A stretch of 64,000 nt of DNA. Source: Antedon mediterranea. Taxonomy: Eukaryota; Animalia; Echinodermata. Position numbers and translations under genes: made by a program. Shown one piece after another: positions 60,058-64,000 of this stretch; the first letter of the stretch is position 1, and each line of letters starts with the position of its first letter. The notes beneath the pieces are model-generated. The model was not told the DNA's origin. It saw nothing but the letters and a program-made list of their open reading frames with translations, and ran no database searches. The DNA is taken from positions 36,772,437 to 36,836,436 of the forward strand of contig NC_092672.1 in the NCBI RefSeq assembly GCF_964355755.1, in the 5' to 3' direction.

Positions 60058-62529
60058 CTGAAAATACAAATTTATAATTGATTAAAAAAAATTGTTTTAC
60101 AAACCACTCAAGTACTGTAAGAAGATTTTAACAACCTCCTCTCACCCAACCAGATTTAACATGCACATTTGCAAGGTAGACAGAGTTGACCAAGAACAGT
60201 TGCAGAATACATGCTGGTCTTTTGGGACTATAAAAGTTGTAACATTACAGTAGTGCCCTTTCGGGTAAACAAAGGAGTTGTGAGAATTCTAAAGTAAATC
60301 TAATTAGTTTTTCATGTAAAACTAATTTTTTTTATTCCAGTTATGATTCTCTGGTCTCACTCAGTAACATTTTCTTGGTGCTTAAAATGTTGTAAGACAC
60401 TCATACAGTATAGTACTGTATATGCCATTACATGTCCCGTGATAGACATTTTAATTTATTGATATTAGTAAATAAATATATTGTTTACTACTTAGTAATA
60501 TAATTACAAATTAGCGAAAGCTTTTTATATGGTCTTTTTGTCAAATAAGTTACAAGCAATAAGCAATCAATTTCCAGCAATATAATTATTAATTATTATT
60601 TAACATTAAAGAGATACCGGTATGTACATTTACAGTGTAAATACCAATCAACTTTTATTTTATTAAAGCGAGTCCATTAATAGATAAATGATAATTCTAT
60701 AAGTAGTTAATTATACTATACTAGAGAAAGGTGTAATATAACAATACCAACTATAATGAAATAAAGCTATATTTGTTTAACTGTGTATCAGTAATTGTTG
60801 AAGAAAACAAAGGTTAAAGGTTACAGTACCTTAGCTTTGGTGATGAATGATCAGAATGTACTTAATAACTATGTTGTTTATGATTATTACAATTTTGACA
60901 ATTCAAAAATGAGCATTTTTTCTGCAACTTTGTTTTGTTTGTTAAGTTGCAGAAAAAATGCTAATTTTTTAACTTGTCAAACTTTAATTATCATATTTCA
61001 TCTGATCATTTTCACAACTTAATCATCTTATCAACAATAAAATAGAATTTATTTTCAGATACTATAGTCCCTGCGTTTTGCTAACCTTTGTAAATTAATT
61101 TATCTAACATTACATTACAATTTTCCTTGTATCATTCTTAAAGTACTATGAAGTGCACTCTAAGTACTGTAAGAATTGGTATAACTTTGATTCTCTCTGC
61201 ACAGTGACCTTAGAAAGGTCAAAGGAAGTCATTATTGGAGAGGAAATTAGTTCCTACAAGAACCTAGTTATTTGTACACTAGTAATCTTACATTTAACTA
61301 AATAATAATCCATTCTCTATATTGTTTAAATGTCATTGTCAAGATGTTTATTTCAAGCAAGAAGTGAAAAAACAAAACAAAAACAAGTTTTCTGTTTTCG
61401 ACGGGTTCGGCCTGAACATTGATAAAAAACAATTGGGAAGGTATTAAATCACTCGTTAATGTGATTACGCACACAGTATACTGATTGAAGATTGAAAAAA
61501 ACAATTCAATTTGTTCGTATTCTTGGTACTCAGTAGGCTAACTACAGTCTAACAAATAGGCTGCAACGCTAGGACGTACAGTAAGCACAATGATAGGACG
61601 TAAGCGTATCACTAGGACGTAATCACACCGCTGTGAGTTGATCCCAACATGGTGGATCAGTACTATCGCATTATACTCAATCAAGCTTTACTGTAAATAC
61701 AGTAGCTGGGGAAAATGAATAAAACCTTTAACCAAGCTTAAGTCTACTTTACAGTACAGTGTATGTACTATAATATCTGGGACATTAACCTATTAACTTT
61801 ATCAAGTACAGTAGTTGAAACAGCTGTGCTTCAGATCCTTCTTTCACTTACTGTATACAATATTCATTTGATTACACTATATTCAACCCTTGGACGTTTT
61901 GAGAGATGTTTCCCAAGGTACAACACACCTTAACTACACTACAGTAATATGAAATTACTTATTATATTACAGCATGGAGAAAACTAGCTTGGACACTGTA
62001 TACTGTACAACATGTAGGTCCTGCTACTGCACTGTACAATTATACAGTATGATACATTAATACAAAACTTTACATGTATCCCCATTTACCTGCAATAATA
62101 AAGTACTACAGTAGTCACCTAAATCTTGCCTCTTAAAACACTACAGTACAGGAGAATAGAATAACCATTAGGTCATCAACTATCCCTAGTTTCACAGAAT
62201 ATCTATTGCATAGAATTTGGTTCAATGCCAAAAAGAAACACACACAGTACTTTAGATCACACAGACACTGTGAAGTTGTTCAATATTTAGTACTGTATTT
62301 CTCTAGTTAGGTCACTTGTTACGGTTCAGAAAGAGGCAATGTACATTCAATCACTTTTATTTGGTTTTCATAGGGTTTACTATGGGTTTTTTTTTAGGTT
62401 TTAACCCCAAAAATAAGTAGTTAACAATGTTTTAAACTGACATATCAAGTGAGTTGTACACTATGATTCAATCACTTTTATGTTAGTTTGCTATGTTTTT
62501 TTGTTTAGGTTTTGCAGGTTTAGCAATTA

Positions 62530-62730
62530 ACTGTACACTGATGAACTGTACACTGATGAACTGTAGTAGCGCATATAAATACTGTAGCTGCGCATATAAA
62601 TACTGTAGCTGTATGTAACTGTAGTAGCGCATGTTTAAATGTGTAACTGTAGTAGCGCATGTTTAAATACTGTAGCTGTATGTAACTGTAGTAGCGCATG
62701 TTTAAATACTGTAGCTGTATGCAACTGTAG
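62530..62730. repeat. Short-unit tandem repeat
   Basis: AACTGTAGTAGCGCATGTTTAAATACTGTAGCTGTATGT-type units. Confidence 0.8.
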
Positions 62731-62973
62731 ATTCGTTGCAATTGAATAATTTGCTGAATGTGCAATGTTACAGTTTACCAGTGTCTTTTTACAATGGATC
62801 CGGGTCATACAGTCAGAGACAAATTTCATTTCAAAATTGTGTTTAGCAATTATTGCTAATCAAACTGACTTTTGGGTCGAGAAACATACAGTAGTTTTAT
62901 ATTGTATTTTTTGCTACACAATTTTAGAAGTGTACAGTAGCAATAAGGCTGTTTTGTAGCTGTTTGCTATGCT

Positions 62974-63405
62974 ACACTGGTGAAATTATTCTCTAAAAGT
63001 ACAGCAGTGTTAACATTCATGACACTGGTGAAATTATTCCCTGAAAGTACAGCAGTGTTTGTTAACATTCACGACACTGGTGAAATTATTCTCTGAAAGT
63101 ACAGCAGTGTTTGTTAACATTCATGACACTGGTGAAATTATTCTCTGACAGTACAGCAGTGTTAACATTCATGACACTGGTGAAATTATTCCCTGACAGT
63201 ACAGCAGTGTTAACATTCATGACACTGGTGAAATTATTCCCTGACAGTACAGCAGTGTTAACATTCATGACACTGGTGAAAATATTCCCCGACAGTACAG
63301 CAGTGTTAACATTCATGACACTGGTGAAAATGTTCCCCGACAGTACAGCAGTGTTAACATTCATGACACTGGTGAAAATGTTCCCCGACAGTGTTAACAT
63401 TCATG
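62974..63405. repeat. 48-bp minisatellite, about 9 copies
   Basis: GACACTGGTGAAATTATTCCCTGACAGTACAGCAGTGTTAACATTCAT repeated. Confidence 0.95.
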
Positions 63406-64000
63406 GGTTGAATTGAAACAATACTTTTTAAACAAAACTTTTTTCTATAATGCAGAAATCAGAGAAAATAAAATATTTAAATTGATTCATGTGATGTCTG
63501 ATTTTAAATGATTGCAATAAAAACAATTGGATGATTGTTACAATATTCTCTATAATTCAGTAAAGGGAAATCCTATTTTGGGGATTCCCTTGGAAAAGGT
63601 AAGTCTGTACAGTACTGTAAGTACAGTAAGTACAGTATAAGTACTTTACTATAGTACATTAGATATACTAAAGGGAAAACAAGCTGCTTAAATCGCTACA
63701 CCGATAACGATATACTGTAACAATTACAATACCTGTTTCTTATTCAAAGTATTTTTACAGTTCAACGAAAAAAATAAGTGTCATTGTAAAAAATCCATTA
63801 TGGGATTATCCCAATTTAGGGGGATTCCCCACATATTGAATCTGTTAATATGTATTATCATAGATACTATAATGAATGATCATTCAACCAATTTCTTTAA
63901 CGCACATTTTTCTAGTCATTCAAACTATAGAGGGCTAACTTAATTCACAGCAGAACACAGCTATAATAAGACAGACCAGCTGATTGTATAGGTCATCTGA

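Noticed and set aside
63086-63416. ORFs with 16-aa repeats on both strands
   Set aside because: They are a product of the 48-bp tandem repeat; no splice or homology support.
60058-64000. MED13 N-terminal exons
   Set aside because: I found no match to the expected ELWIFWWG or start-region motifs; they are presumed to lie beyond the window.

Overview
AT-rich animal genomic DNA, not prokaryotic. A Deu-domain SINE and the intron pattern suggest an invertebrate deuterostome, probably an echinoderm (inference). The window is dominated by one minus-strand gene, Mediator subunit MED13/MED13L. I hand-spliced 30 GT-AG coding exons from 60057 down to a TGA at 13711-13713; all phases are consistent, giving 6026 nt (about 2007 codons). 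The N-terminal exons appear to lie beyond the right edge. Three MED13 introns each carry a sense-strand, ~170-nt box H/ACA snoRNA whose 3' pocket matches 28S rRNA helix 69 (SNORA23-like), with compensatory changes between copies. Downstream of the gene is a ~4.2-kb segment bounded by inverted repeats, containing two copies (one headless) of a tRNA-headed, highly structured RNA ending in an oligo-T Pol III terminator. The introns also hold many non-autonomous DNA transposons (Harbinger-like, Tc1/mariner-like, one with a 9-bp TSD), DeuSINEs, several minisatellites and a perfect 91-bp palindrome. TACAGTA/TACTGTA transposon excision scars can be read directly against repeat consensus. All coordinates were counted by eye; repeat boundaries are approximate.
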